Assembly (NCBI GenBank): GCA_038244715.1
Contig: JBBRTE010000015.1
Coordinates: 38,956 to 102,955, forward strand
From: Thermoanaerobaculia bacterium
GTDB lineage: Bacteria > Acidobacteriota > Thermoanaerobaculia > Gp7-AA8
Length of the DNA stretch: 64,000 nucleotides
Direction of reading: 5' to 3'
The notes under the pieces are model-generated. The model was not told where the DNA came from. It made no database searches and saw nothing but the letters and a program-made list of their open reading frames with translations. Position 1 is the first letter of the stretch; each line of letters begins with the position of its first letter. The position numbers and the translations under genes are program-made. Of this stretch, positions 46,723-55,890 are shown piece by piece.

Positions 46723-46877
46723 ATCGTGAGGTCCTTCGCCCCCGCCCGAGCGGGGGAGAAGGTGGCCGAAGGCCGGATGAGGGGGCTCTGATCGGCGCGC
46801 AATGCCACGCCCCTCACCCGCACTCCGCTTCGCTCCGTGTCTCCCTCGCCCCGCTGTCGCGGGGCGAGGGTTGCTCG
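46723..46877. repeat. REP-like palindromic intergenic element, copy 2
   Basis: Direct repeat of 46429-46583, 294 bp apart, between hisG and hisD. Confidence 0.7.
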
Positions 46878-46953
46878 GTGGGGAGGATTGGTGAAGAGAT
46901 CGAAAATCCCCATCGCGATTTCCAATCCGACCGATCTTTGCTCACCGTACAAG

Positions 46954-48132
46954 GAACCCACCATGCAGCCTGCTGACATCGACCTCGCGCTGAAGGATCT
47001 TGAAACCCGCCGTGGCAGCTCGAACGACAACGCCATGCGCGTCGCAACCGAGATGATCGCCGGCGTGCGCGCTCGTGGCGACGCGTTCGTCACCGAGCAG
47101 ATCCAGCGCTTCGACCGGGTCACCGTCGACCCGATTCTCATCACGCCCCGCGAGACGTCGATCGACCCCGCGATGCGCGAGGCCATCGAGACCGCCATCG
47201 AGCGCATCGACGCCTTTCATCGGCCGCAGCTTCCGCAGTCCTATCGATGGGAAGGGATGGAGCACCGCGTTCGTCCCTTGCGGCGCGTCGGGATCTACGT
47301 ACCTGGTGGCCGCGCGGTCTATCTCTCGACGCTCATCATGTGCGCGGTGCCTGCGCGCATCGCGGGCGTACGCGAACTGGTCGTGATCACGACGCCGGGC
47401 GCCGCCGCTCGCGACGAGCTCCACTACGCTTGCAAACGCCTCGGCATCACGGCGATCTACCAGTGCGGTGGCGCCGCCGGCATCGCGGCCGCCGCCCTCG
47501 GCACCGAGTCGCTGCCGCGCGTCGACAAGATCGTCGGTCCCGGCAATCAGTACGTCACGGCGGCCAAGGCGCTGCTCGTCGGAACCGTCGGTATCGACAT
47601 GACCGCCGGCCCCACGGAGCTCGTCGTCATCGCAGACGCGTCGTCGAACCTCGCATTCGTGCAGGCCGATCTCGACGCACAGGCCGAGCACGGCGACGAC
47701 TCCGCGGTCATCTGCATCTCCATCGGAAAGACACTCGATGTCCGCGCGACGCTGAATCTCACCGTCGGTTCGGTGGCCGAGGCGGCGGCGCTGGCCGACC
47801 GGATCGCGCCGGAGCATGTCTCCATCCACGCCGTCGACGCGGACCAGATTGCCGCGCACCTGGAAAATTGCGGCGCGATCTTCTGCGGTCCGTTTTCGCC
47901 GGTCGCCGCCGGCGATTACGTGGCTGGTCCGAACCACGTCCTCCCCACCGGCGGCAGTGCCCGTTTCTTCTCCCCTCTCGGCGTCTACGATTTCGTGAAG
48001 CGTTCGAATGTGATCAGCCTCACGGAGGATGCGCTCACAGCCATCGCTGACGCTGGCGAACGGATCGCCAGTTTCGAAGGGCTGCCCAGACACGCCGCCT
48101 CCATCGCGGCACGGAGGACTCATGTCGCGTGA
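46954..48132 (+). CDS. hisD: Histidinol dehydrogenase
   Basis: ORF 46837.. trimmed to ATG 46954, because upstream in-frame sequence is repeat element. ...IYVPGGRAVYLSTLIMCAVPARIAGV...AQAEHGDDS...HAVDADQ. Confidence 0.88.
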   Translation, partial: EPTMQPADIDLALKDLETRRGSSNDNAMRVATEMIAGVRARGDAFVTEQIQRFDRVTVDPILITPRETSIDPAMREAIETAIERIDAFHRPQLPQSYRWEGMEHRVRPLRRVGIYVPGGRAVYLSTLIMCAVPARIAGVRELVVITTPGAAARDELHYACKRLGITAIYQCGGAAGIAAAALGTESLPRVDKIVGPGNQYVTAAKALLVGTVGIDMTAGPTELVVIADASSNLAFVQADLDAQAEHGDDSAVICISIGKTLDVRATLNLTVGSVAEAAALADRIAPEHVSIHAVDADQIAAHLENCGAIFCGPFSPVAAGDYVAGPNHVLPTGGSARFFSPLGVYDFVKRSNVISLTEDALTAIADAGERIASFEGLPRHAASIAARRTHVA

Positions 48133-49153
48133 CGTCGTCGCAGCCATGACCGCCTACACGCTGGAGTTGCGTGAGGCGGCCATCAAGCTCAATCAGAATG
48201 AAAGCCCAACTGATTTTCCGGCGGAACTGAAGCAGCAGATCCTGGCCCGTTTCGCGGAACGGCCGTGGAACCTCTATCCCGACTTCGAGTCGATGCAGCT
48301 GCGTGGTGCGCTGGCAAAGGCCTACGGCTACTCCACGGAGAACGTCCTCGTCGGCAATGGCTCGAACGAGTTGCTGGCCGCTGCGATCCCGACGTTCGTC
48401 GGTCCGGGCACGCCGGTCGTTTACCCGAAGCCGTCGTTCGCACTCTACGAGAAGCTGATCGCCGTCGCCGGCGGCATCGCGTTACCGATCGCCATCGATC
48501 CGGCCACCGGGGAGCTCCCGCTGGACGGCATGCTCGACACGATCGCGCGCTGCGACAACCCCATCGTCATCGTCTGCTCGCCCAACAACCCGACGGGAGG
48601 CGTCCTCGCGGAGGGTGGCATCAACGCGCTGCTGGCCACCGGTTCGACGGTCCTCTTCGATCGCGCATACGGCGACTTCGCGGAAGACAGCATGCCGCAG
48701 CTGAACGATCGCCTGGTCACGTTCTCCACGTTCTCGAAGGCCTGGGGACTGGCCGGCCTGCGCGTCGGCTGGCTGGCCTCCACCGCGGCGACGTGCCGCG
48801 AGATCCGCAAGGTGAAGCTGCCCTACTCGCTGAACATCATCAGCGAAGCGGTCGCGGCGATGGCGCTCGAGAACCCCGAGATCCGCATGCGCACCGTCGC
48901 CGACACGATCGCGGAGCGTGGCCGCATGTTCGACGCGATGTCTCAGATCGACGGCGTGACGCCGTTTCCGTCGCGATCGAATTTCATCGCCTTCACTACG
49001 CGCCGCGATACAAAAACGATCTTCAACGACCTGCACGGGCGCGGAATCCTGATCCGCGACATCGGCGCCGCCGTTCCGAACGCGTTACGCGTTTCCGTCG
49101 GCACACCCGCGCAGAACGACGCATTCCTGGAGGCACTCTCATCATGCGCATAG
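48122..49153 (+). CDS. hisC: Histidinol-phosphate aminotransferase
   Basis: ATG 48122 (MSRDVVAAMTAYTL), overlapping hisD by 11 nt. ...FSKAWGLAGLRVGW (PLP Lys). Confidence 0.85.
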   Translation: MSRDVVAAMTAYTLELREAAIKLNQNESPTDFPAELKQQILARFAERPWNLYPDFESMQLRGALAKAYGYSTENVLVGNGSNELLAAAIPTFVGPGTPVVYPKPSFALYEKLIAVAGGIALPIAIDPATGELPLDGMLDTIARCDNPIVIVCSPNNPTGGVLAEGGINALLATGSTVLFDRAYGDFAEDSMPQLNDRLVTFSTFSKAWGLAGLRVGWLASTAATCREIRKVKLPYSLNIISEAVAAMALENPEIRMRTVADTIAERGRMFDAMSQIDGVTPFPSRSNFIAFTTRRDTKTIFNDLHGRGILIRDIGAAVPNALRVSVGTPAQNDAFLEALSSCA

Positions 49154-49734
49154 CCACCATCAACCGGACGACGAAGGAAACCAACGTCGCAGTCACCGTG
49201 AATCTCGACGGCGACGGATCGCACTCGCACATCGAGACACCCGTCGGCTTCCTCTCCCATATGCTCGACGTCATCGCACGGCACGGCAAGGTGGACATGG
49301 ATGTCGTCTCGACCGGCGATACGCACATCGACTACCACCACACCGTCGAAGACACCGCCCTGGTCCTCGGTGAAGCATTCGCCGAGGCCCTCGGCGACAA
49401 GCGCGGGATCCGCCGCTTCGGTCATGCCTATGTGCCACTCGACGAAGCACTGGCCCGAGTCGTGGTCGACTTCGCAGGCCGGCCCTATCTCGTCTTCGAC
49501 GTCCCCTTCGACCGCGAGATGCTGCTGATCCACAAGGATTTCCCTTTCGCTCTGGTCGAGGAGTTCTTCAAGTCGTTCGCGAACAAGTGCGCGTGCAACA
49601 TCCACGTCGATCTCATCCGCGGACGCAACGGACACCATGCGGCCGAGGCGATCTTCAAGGCGTTCGCGATCGCGCTGCGCGAGGCGAAGGCGGTCGTCGG
49701 CACGGACATCCCAAGTACCAAGGGAGTGATCTAA
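49144..49734 (+). CDS. hisB: Imidazoleglycerol-phosphate dehydratase
   Basis: ATG 49144 overlapping the hisC stop. MRIATINRTTKETNVAVTVNLDGDGSHSHIETPVGFLSHMLD...HHTVEDTALVLGEAF. Confidence 0.9.
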   Translation: MRIATINRTTKETNVAVTVNLDGDGSHSHIETPVGFLSHMLDVIARHGKVDMDVVSTGDTHIDYHHTVEDTALVLGEAFAEALGDKRGIRRFGHAYVPLDEALARVVVDFAGRPYLVFDVPFDREMLLIHKDFPFALVEEFFKSFANKCACNIHVDLIRGRNGHHAAEAIFKAFAIALREAKAVVGTDIPSTKGVI

Positions 49735-49810
49735 CCCCTTCGACAAGAACCACGACGACGTGCGTCGGGCTCTCCAGCCCGACCTTCGTGAAACCGTCGG
49801 GCTGAGACTC

Positions 49811-50413
49811 ATGAAAACGATCCTGATCGACTCTCCTGTCGCGAACGTCGCCAACATCGCGCGTGCCTTGCGCACGGCCGGGGCGGATCTCGACGTCACG
49901 CGCGACGCCAACGCCATCGCGCGCGCGCGAAAGCTCGTGCTGCCCGGCGTCGGTTCGTTCGCCGCGGCCATGCGCTGGCTGACCGAGAACCGGATCGATG
50001 GTGCCATTCGTGACGCCGTTTCCAGCGGTGCCGCGCTGCTTGGTGTTTGCGTCGGTCACCAACTTCTCTTCGACCTCTCGCATGAGATGGGCACCACGCC
50101 CGGGCTCGGCCTGCTGCGCGGAGAGGTGCGCAAGTTCGAGGGTGCGCTGCCCATCCCGCAGATTGGATGGAATCGGGTGACGGCCGCGGGTGATGCGGAG
50201 CAGGGACTCTTCGGCGGCGTCGCCGATCAGTCGTTCTACTTCGTCAACTCCTATGCAGCCGTCGACGCACCCGACGAGATCGCGCGTGCGGATTACGGCG
50301 GTTTCTTCACCGCCGCCGTGCAGCATGAGCGCGTCTTCGGTGTGCAGTTTCATCCCGAGAAATCGTCGCGGGCGGGGTTGCGCGTCCTGAGGAACTTCAT
50401 CGCATGGACGTAA
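49811..50413 (+). CDS. hisH: Imidazole glycerol phosphate synthase, glutamine amidotransferase subunit
   Basis: ATG 49811 (MKTILIDSPVANVANIARAL...). LLGVCVGHQLL with catalytic Cys; ...VQFHPEKS. Confidence 0.9.
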   Translation: MKTILIDSPVANVANIARALRTAGADLDVTRDANAIARARKLVLPGVGSFAAAMRWLTENRIDGAIRDAVSSGAALLGVCVGHQLLFDLSHEMGTTPGLGLLRGEVRKFEGALPIPQIGWNRVTAAGDAEQGLFGGVADQSFYFVNSYAAVDAPDEIARADYGGFFTAAVQHERVFGVQFHPEKSSRAGLRVLRNFIAWT

Positions 50414-51870
50414 TTCCCTCGCTCGACCTCCTCGGCGGTCAGGTGGTCCGGCTCCTTCACGGCGACTTCGCGAAGGTAACGCCGTACGGTGATCCGCAAC
50501 GAGTGCTCGACACTTTGAACGTCCCCCGGGGATCGCGTCTCCACGTCGTCGATCTCGAGGCCTCGCGAAGCGGACGGCCGGTGGAAACAGAGATCGTGCG
50601 GCGGCTGGCGACGCGCGGTCTGCGCATCCAGGCCGGCGGCGGGATTCGATCGCTGGCCGATGCACGCGCCTGGATCGATGCCGGTGCGGAGAAAGTCGTC
50701 ATCGGCACCGTCGCCGCGGATTCACCCGACGTCCTGCGCAGCATCGTCGATGCGTTGGGAGCCCGGCGCGTCGTCGCCGCGATCGACGTCCGCGACGGCA
50801 TCGTGCGTGTCGCAGGATGGGAGCGCGATGCGACCTCGTCGCTCAGTGAAGTACTGGAACGCGTCGAAGCGCTCGGAATCGCCGAGGCGTTGATCACGGA
50901 CATCCGCAAGGACGGTGCGATGCGTGGCCCGTCGTTCGCGCTCTACCGCGCGCTCCGCACCGGGCTCTCCATCATCGCCTCGGGCGGAGTGTCGACGGTC
51001 AGCGATGTGGTCTCGCTCAGCCGGATCCCTGCCGTCGGCGCGTGCGTCATCGGCCGCGCTCTGCTCGACGGCCGAGTGTCGCTCGCCGAGACGCAGGCGC
51101 GCGTGGCGACGACGAACCGCATTCCTGAACGCATCATCCCCTGTCTCGACGTGCGCGACGGACGGGTCGTGAAAGGCGTGAACTTCGTCGACATCCGCGA
51201 CGCTGGCGACCCGGTCGAGTGCGCGGTGCGCTACGAAGCGGAAGGCGCCGACGAACTGGTCATCCTCGACATCTCGGCCACCGACGCGAATCGCTCGACC
51301 GCGCTCGACATCGTCCGGCGCGTCTCGGAATCGCTCTTCATTCCTCTGACGGTGGGCGGCGGCGTGCGGTCGATCGAAGACTTTCGCGCTCTGCTGCGGG
51401 CCGGGGCGGATCGGGTGGCGATCAACACCGCTGCCATCCGGAATCCGCAAATCATCGCAGATTGTGCGACCGAGTTCGGCGTCCAGGCCGTGGTGCTGTC
51501 GTGCGACGCGAAACTCGTCGACGGACGGTTCGAAGCCATGGTCCGCGGCGGCAAAGAGTCGTCGGGTGTGGATGCCATCGAATGGTGCCGGCGCGCCGAG
51601 GAGCTGGGGACGGGCGAGATCCTGCTCACGTCGGTCGATCGCGACGGCACGAACAGCGGCTACGACATTCCGCTGCTGCGCGCGGTGACCAGTTTCGTGA
51701 AGATCGGCGTCATCGCGTCGGGCGGCGCTGGGAGCGTGGACGACTTTCGCGATGCCATCGAAGCCGGCGGCGCCCGCGCGGTGCTGGCCGCATCACTGTT
51801 TCACGATCGGCGTCTCTCGATCGGTGACGTCAAACAATTTCTGCAACAGGAAGGGATACCGGTTCGATGA
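50404..51870 (+). CDS. hisA-hisF: Fused HisA-HisF: ProFAR isomerase (N-terminal) fused to imidazole glycerol phosphate synthase cyclase subunit (C-terminal)
   Basis: Single uninterrupted 488-aa ORF. Residues ~1-235 [17 protein letters not shown]...[17 protein letters not shown] (HisA). Linker [13 protein letters not shown]. Residues ~250-488 [19 protein letters not shown]...[12 protein letters not shown] (HisF). Confidence 0.85.
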   Translation: MDVIPSLDLLGGQVVRLLHGDFAKVTPYGDPQRVLDTLNVPRGSRLHVVDLEASRSGRPVETEIVRRLATRGLRIQAGGGIRSLADARAWIDAGAEKVVIGTVAADSPDVLRSIVDALGARRVVAAIDVRDGIVRVAGWERDATSSLSEVLERVEALGIAEALITDIRKDGAMRGPSFALYRALRTGLSIIASGGVSTVSDVVSLSRIPAVGACVIGRALLDGRVSLAETQARVATTNRIPERIIPCLDVRDGRVVKGVNFVDIRDAGDPVECAVRYEAEGADELVILDISATDANRSTALDIVRRVSESLFIPLTVGGGVRSIEDFRALLRAGADRVAINTAAIRNPQIIADCATEFGVQAVVLSCDAKLVDGRFEAMVRGGKESSGVDAIEWCRRAEELGTGEILLTSVDRDGTNSGYDIPLLRAVTSFVKIGVIASGGAGSVDDFRDAIEAGGARAVLAASLFHDRRLSIGDVKQFLQQEGIPVR

Positions 51871-52430
51871 AACTCACCCCCGCCATCATCCAGGATGCTC
51901 GAACGGGCGAAGTCCTGACGCTCGCCTACATGAACGACGAAGCGCTGCAACGCACCCGCGAGACCGGCCAGACCTGGCTCTGGAGCCGCTCGCGCAACGA
52001 GCTGTGGCACAAGGGAGCGATGTCGGGCAACACGCAGCGCGTCATCGCCATCAGCGAAGACTGTGACCGGGATGCGTTCGTCCTCAGCGTGATCCCGAAC
52101 GGTCCCGCATGTCACACCGGCGCGCGCTCCTGCTTCACCGGGGTGCCGCCGCGCACGATCGAGCGGCTGATGCGTGTGCTCCGCGATCGCCACGAACGAC
52201 GCCCCGAGGGGTCGTACACGGCCACCCTGTTCAACGGCGGCCGAGGGCGCATTGCCAAGAAGATCGGCGAAGAAGCGACGGAAGTCGTCATCGCCTCGCT
52301 CAGCGAGACGCGCGAGCGCCTGGTCAGCGAGATCGCCGACCTGGTTTTTCACGTCAGCGTGCTGATGACGGAGGCCGGCGTCGAGTGGAGCGAGATCGAG
52401 GGCGAGCTGGACGGGCGAGCGAAGGAATAA
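51867..52430 (+). CDS. hisIE: Bifunctional phosphoribosyl-AMP cyclohydrolase / phosphoribosyl-ATP pyrophosphatase
   Basis: 187 aa. N-terminal [32 protein letters not shown]...C..G..SCF (HisI). C-terminal EGSYTATLF...[13 protein letters not shown]...ADLVFHV (HisE). Confidence 0.9.
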   Translation: MKLTPAIIQDARTGEVLTLAYMNDEALQRTRETGQTWLWSRSRNELWHKGAMSGNTQRVIAISEDCDRDAFVLSVIPNGPACHTGARSCFTGVPPRTIERLMRVLRDRHERRPEGSYTATLFNGGRGRIAKKIGEEATEVVIASLSETRERLVSEIADLVFHVSVLMTEAGVEWSEIEGELDGRAKE

Positions 52431-52450
52431 GCCGAAAGGTAGCGCCTTGC

Positions 52451-52882
52451 TTTCGCGCGAAGCGCTTCGAACGGCGGGAAAAAGGTACGCCTCCCCCTTT
52501 CGCGCGAAGCGCTTTGGACTGTGGTGGCAGGGCCACCGCTTTGGGCGGGGGATTGTGCCTGTTCCGGAAGCGTTGAATCCTTTCGCGCGAAGCGCTTTGG
52601 ACTGCGGTGGCAGGGCCACCGCTTTGGGCGGGGGATTGTGCCTGTTCCGGAAGCGTTGAATCCTTTCGCGCGAAGCGCTTTGGGCTGCGGTGGCAAGGCC
52701 ACCGCTTTGGGCGGGCGATTGTGCCTGTTCCGGAAGCGTTGAATCCTTTCGCGCGAAGCGCTTTGGACTGTGGTGGCAGGGCCACCGCTTTGGGCGGGGG
52801 ATTGTGCCTGTTCCGGAAGCGTTGAATCCTTTCGCGCGAAGCGCTTTGGACTGCGGTGGCAGGGCCACCGCTTTGGGCGGGG
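52451..52882. repeat. Tandem array of an 83-bp palindrome-containing repeat (degenerate leader copy + 4 full units + 1 partial)
   Basis: Unit cgcgcgaagcgctttggactgcggtggcagggccaccgctttgggcgggggattgtgcctgttccggaagcgttgaatccttt at 52501-52583, 52584-52666, 52667-52749 and 52750-52832, a partial copy at 52833-52882 and a degenerate copy at 52451-52500. Units are contiguous with no unique spacers. Confidence 0.85.
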
Positions 52883-52992
52883 AAAGCTTCGGCCGAGCCA
52901 AAAAAGAAGGCAGCTCCCTCCTTCCGCGCGAGCACTTTCGAAGGGCCGTGGCAAGGCCACCCCTTTTGTTACTTCGGACGAGCCTTCGCCCT

Positions 52993-53041
52993 CCCAAAGC
53001 GGTGGCCCTGCCACCGCAGTCCAAAGCGCTTCGCGCGAAAG
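52993..53041. repeat. Inverted partial copy of the 83-bp repeat unit
   Basis: cccaaagcggtggccctgccaccgcagtccaaagcgcttcgcgcgaaag is the reverse complement of the unit's first ~49 nt. Confidence 0.7.
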
Positions 53042-53105
53042 AGGTTGACGAGCCTCCTCTCGCCTGGCATTGTCCCTTCTCGGCATTTCCGCTAACGTTC
53101 CTTCC

Positions 53106-54488
53106 ATGCTGCGACGCTCGCTTCTTGCTCTCTCACTCGTTCTCGCCTTCGCTGCTCCTGCGGCGCAGCGCAACGTCGACCTCGTCATCACGCATGGAAC
53201 CGTCATTCCCATGTCCGGCCCGAACCTCGATGACGGCGCGGTGGCTATCGACAAAGGCGACATCGTCGCTGTCGGCAAGTCTTCGGATTTAACGAGACGG
53301 TTCAAGGGCCGTGAGGTCATCAACGCGCGTGGCATGGCCGTCCTCCCCGGCTTCGTCAACGCGCATACGCACGTCCCGATGACGCTCTTCCGCGGCATCG
53401 CCGACGATCTCGACCTGATGGACTGGCTGCAGCACTTCATCTTTCCGGCCGAGGCGAAAAACGTCGATCGCGACTTCGTCCGGTGGGGAACGCGCCTGGC
53501 CGCGGCGGAGATGATCGCTTCCGGCACGACGACATTCACCGACATGTACTACTTCGAGAGCGACATCGCTGCGGAAGCGAAGAAGGCGGGGTTGCGCGCG
53601 GTCGTCGGCGAAACGATGATCGACTTTCCCGCGCCCGACAGCAAGACGTGGGACGCTTCCGTCGCGTATGTGCGCGACTTCGTGAAGCGCTGGCACGGCG
53701 ACCGGCTCATCACCCCCGCCCTCGCGCCGCACGCGCCCTACACCGTCTCGCGCGCGCACCTCGAGCAGATCCGTGCGCTCGCGACGGAGTTGCACGCGCC
53801 GATCCTCATCCATGTCGCCGAGACGAAGAATGAGGGAGCGCAGATCAAGGACAACACCGGCGGCCTCTCCCCCGCCGCCTACCTCGACTCCATCGGCTTC
53901 CTCGGCCACGACGTCGTCGCGGCACATGGAGTGTGGCTGACTGCGGACGACATCAAGACCTTCGCCGCCAAACGCGTCGGCGTCGCGCACTGCCCCGAGA
54001 GCAACATGATGCTGGCCTCCGGCGTCGCTCCCGTCGTCGACATGCGCCGCGCCGGAGTCGCGCTCGGATTGGGAACTGACGGACCGGCCGGATCGAACAA
54101 CAACCTCGACATGGTCGAAGAGGCCGCCAGTGCAGCCCGATTGCAGAAGATCACTCGCGGCGATCCGAAAGCGCTCAGCGCCCGCGACGTCCTGGAGATG
54201 GCTACCCTCGGCGGCGCCCGCGCCCTCGGCATGGAGGATCGCATCGGGACCCTCGAAGCCGGCAAACGCGCCGATGTCATCGTCATCGACCTGCAACAGG
54301 CGAAAACACAGCCGGTCTATGCCGTCGAATCCGCGATCGTCTATGCCGCGTCCGGAAGCGCCGTCGTAACCACCATCTGCGACGGCAAGGTGCTGATGCG
54401 CAACCGCAAGGTCCTCACCGTCGATGTCCCCGCCGCCATCGCCAAGGCGAAGGAGTATCGCGACAAGGTTCGGAAGAGTCTGCATTAG
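53106..54488 (+). CDS. Secreted metal-dependent amidohydrolase (chlorohydrolase/aminohydrolase family)
   Basis: ATG 53106 (MLRRSLLALSLVLAFAAPAAQ signal peptide). GFVNAHTHVPMT (HxH metal motif)...HVAET...GTDGPAGSNN. Confidence 0.8.
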   Translation: MLRRSLLALSLVLAFAAPAAQRNVDLVITHGTVIPMSGPNLDDGAVAIDKGDIVAVGKSSDLTRRFKGREVINARGMAVLPGFVNAHTHVPMTLFRGIADDLDLMDWLQHFIFPAEAKNVDRDFVRWGTRLAAAEMIASGTTTFTDMYYFESDIAAEAKKAGLRAVVGETMIDFPAPDSKTWDASVAYVRDFVKRWHGDRLITPALAPHAPYTVSRAHLEQIRALATELHAPILIHVAETKNEGAQIKDNTGGLSPAAYLDSIGFLGHDVVAAHGVWLTADDIKTFAAKRVGVAHCPESNMMLASGVAPVVDMRRAGVALGLGTDGPAGSNNNLDMVEEAASAARLQKITRGDPKALSARDVLEMATLGGARALGMEDRIGTLEAGKRADVIVIDLQQAKTQPVYAVESAIVYAASGSAVVTTICDGKVLMRNRKVLTVDVPAAIAKAKEYRDKVRKSLH

Positions 54489-54514
54489 GCTCGGTCCGCG
54501 CTAAACTCCTGCCC

Positions 54515-55819
54515 ATGAAACGATTCCTCATCGCATCACTCCTCCTCGTCGCCTCCGTGGCGCAGGCCAAAGAGGTGCTTCCGTGGATCGAGAACGACTA
54601 CACCAAGGCAATCGCCCGTGCCCGCGCCGCAGACCTTCCGGTCTTCGTCGAGGCGTGGGCGCCGTGGTGACACACGTGCCGCTCCATGAGGGCCTATGTC
54701 TTCACGGACAAGACCCTTGAGCGGTACGCCGGACGGTTCGTCTGGCTCTCGATCGACACGGAAAACGCAACGAACACGGCCTTCCTGAAGGCGCATCCGA
54801 TCAGCGTCTGGCCGACGTTGCTCATCCTCGACCCGAAGGACAAGGTCGTCTTCCGTTACCCCGGCGGAGGGACGGTGGCGCAGGTCCGCAAATTGCTCGA
54901 CGATGGCGAACGCGCGGCACGCGGCTCACATGCGAAGGCCGACATCGCCTTCGTACGCGCCGATGCTCTGGCCGGAGAGGGAAAGCAGGCCGAAGCGGCG
55001 AAGGCGTTCGATGAGGCAATCGCCGCGGCGCCGAAACACTGGCCGGGCCTCGGACGCGCCTCCGAGTCGCTGGTCCTGGCGCTCGCGCAGAGCCGGGATC
55101 CGCAGCGTTGCGCCGAGCGTGCGCTCGCCCTCTACCCACGCATTCGCGGAACGGGATCAGCGGTGAACGTCGCAGGCATGGGTCTCTCGTGTGCGACGGA
55201 TCTCGACGCCGCGAAATCGTGGAATCGCTCCGAGCTCATCGCCGGCCTGGAGAAGGCGACGCGCGAAACGCTTGCCGCAGCCGACCGGATCCGGATGTCC
55301 GCCGATGATCGCTCCGGCCTCTACGAATCGCTCATCGAGGCGCGTGTCGAGGCGAAGGACGAAGCCGCCGCCCGAGCCCTCCGCGAACAACAGGCCGCGT
55401 TCCTCGAGGCAGAGGCGGCGAAGGCGAAAACACCCGACCAGCGGGCCGTCTATGATCCCCACCGCCTCACCGTCTACCTCGGACTGAAGCAGCCGGAAAA
55501 AGCGATTGCGATGCTGGAACAGTCCGAGCGCGATCTGCCGAAGGACTACAACCCGCCCGCGCGCCTCATCTCGGCGTACAAGGCAGCGAAGCGTTACGAC
55601 GACGCCATCGCCGCATCCGACCGTGCGCTCAAACTCGCGTACGGCCCGCGCAAGATCGGCATCTACCGCAACCGCGCATCGGTCTACATCGCGAAGGGTG
55701 ACAAGGACGAGGCGAAAACGACCATCGAGGAAGCGATCCGCTACGCCGAGTCGCTTCCGAAAGAGCAGCAGAGCGAAGCCCAGGTCGCGTCGATGAAGAA
55801 ACAGTTGACGACGATGTGA
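54515..55819 (+). CDS. Secreted thioredoxin-like (Thioredoxin_7/DsbD-gamma-like) + TPR protein with UxxC redox motif: putative selenoprotein (in-frame TGA at 54668-54670)
   Basis: ATG 54515: MKRFLIASLLLVASVAQA (signal) KEVLPWIENDYTKAIARARAADLPVFVEAWAPW-U-HTCRSMRAYVFTDKTLERYAGRFVWLSIDTEN...WPTLLILDPKDKVVF. TGA sits exactly where the first Cys of the WCxxC thioredoxin motif is expected. Same frame continues into the track ORF 54686..55819 (TPR-like C-terminal domain). 434 codons. Confidence 0.65.
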
Positions 55820-55827
55820 GGTCGAGG

Positions 55828-55857
55828 CCTGGTAATCCTCCCACGAGGGTTACCAGG
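55828..55857. terminator. GC-rich hairpin between convergent genes (terminator-like, no U-tract)
   Basis: CCTGGTAA-tCCTCccacGAGGg-TTACCAGG, in the 70-nt gap between convergent genes. Confidence 0.3.
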
Positions 55858-55890
55858 CACGCCCGCGAACCTGAATCGGCTTGCCGAGCC

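Noticed and set aside
46320-46976. ORFs of 80-220 aa read across the REP-like repeats (e.g. 46320..46976 +, 46710..47207 -)
   Set aside because: They are generated by the palindromic repeat copies (Gly/Arg/Glu-rich RGEG-type translations), duplicated with the repeat, and one would truncate hisD.
52451-52882. Considered whether the 83-bp tandem array is a CRISPR array
   Set aside because: Units are directly contiguous with no unique spacers, unit length (83 bp) is far outside CRISPR repeat size, and no cas genes are nearby. Called a tandem repeat instead.
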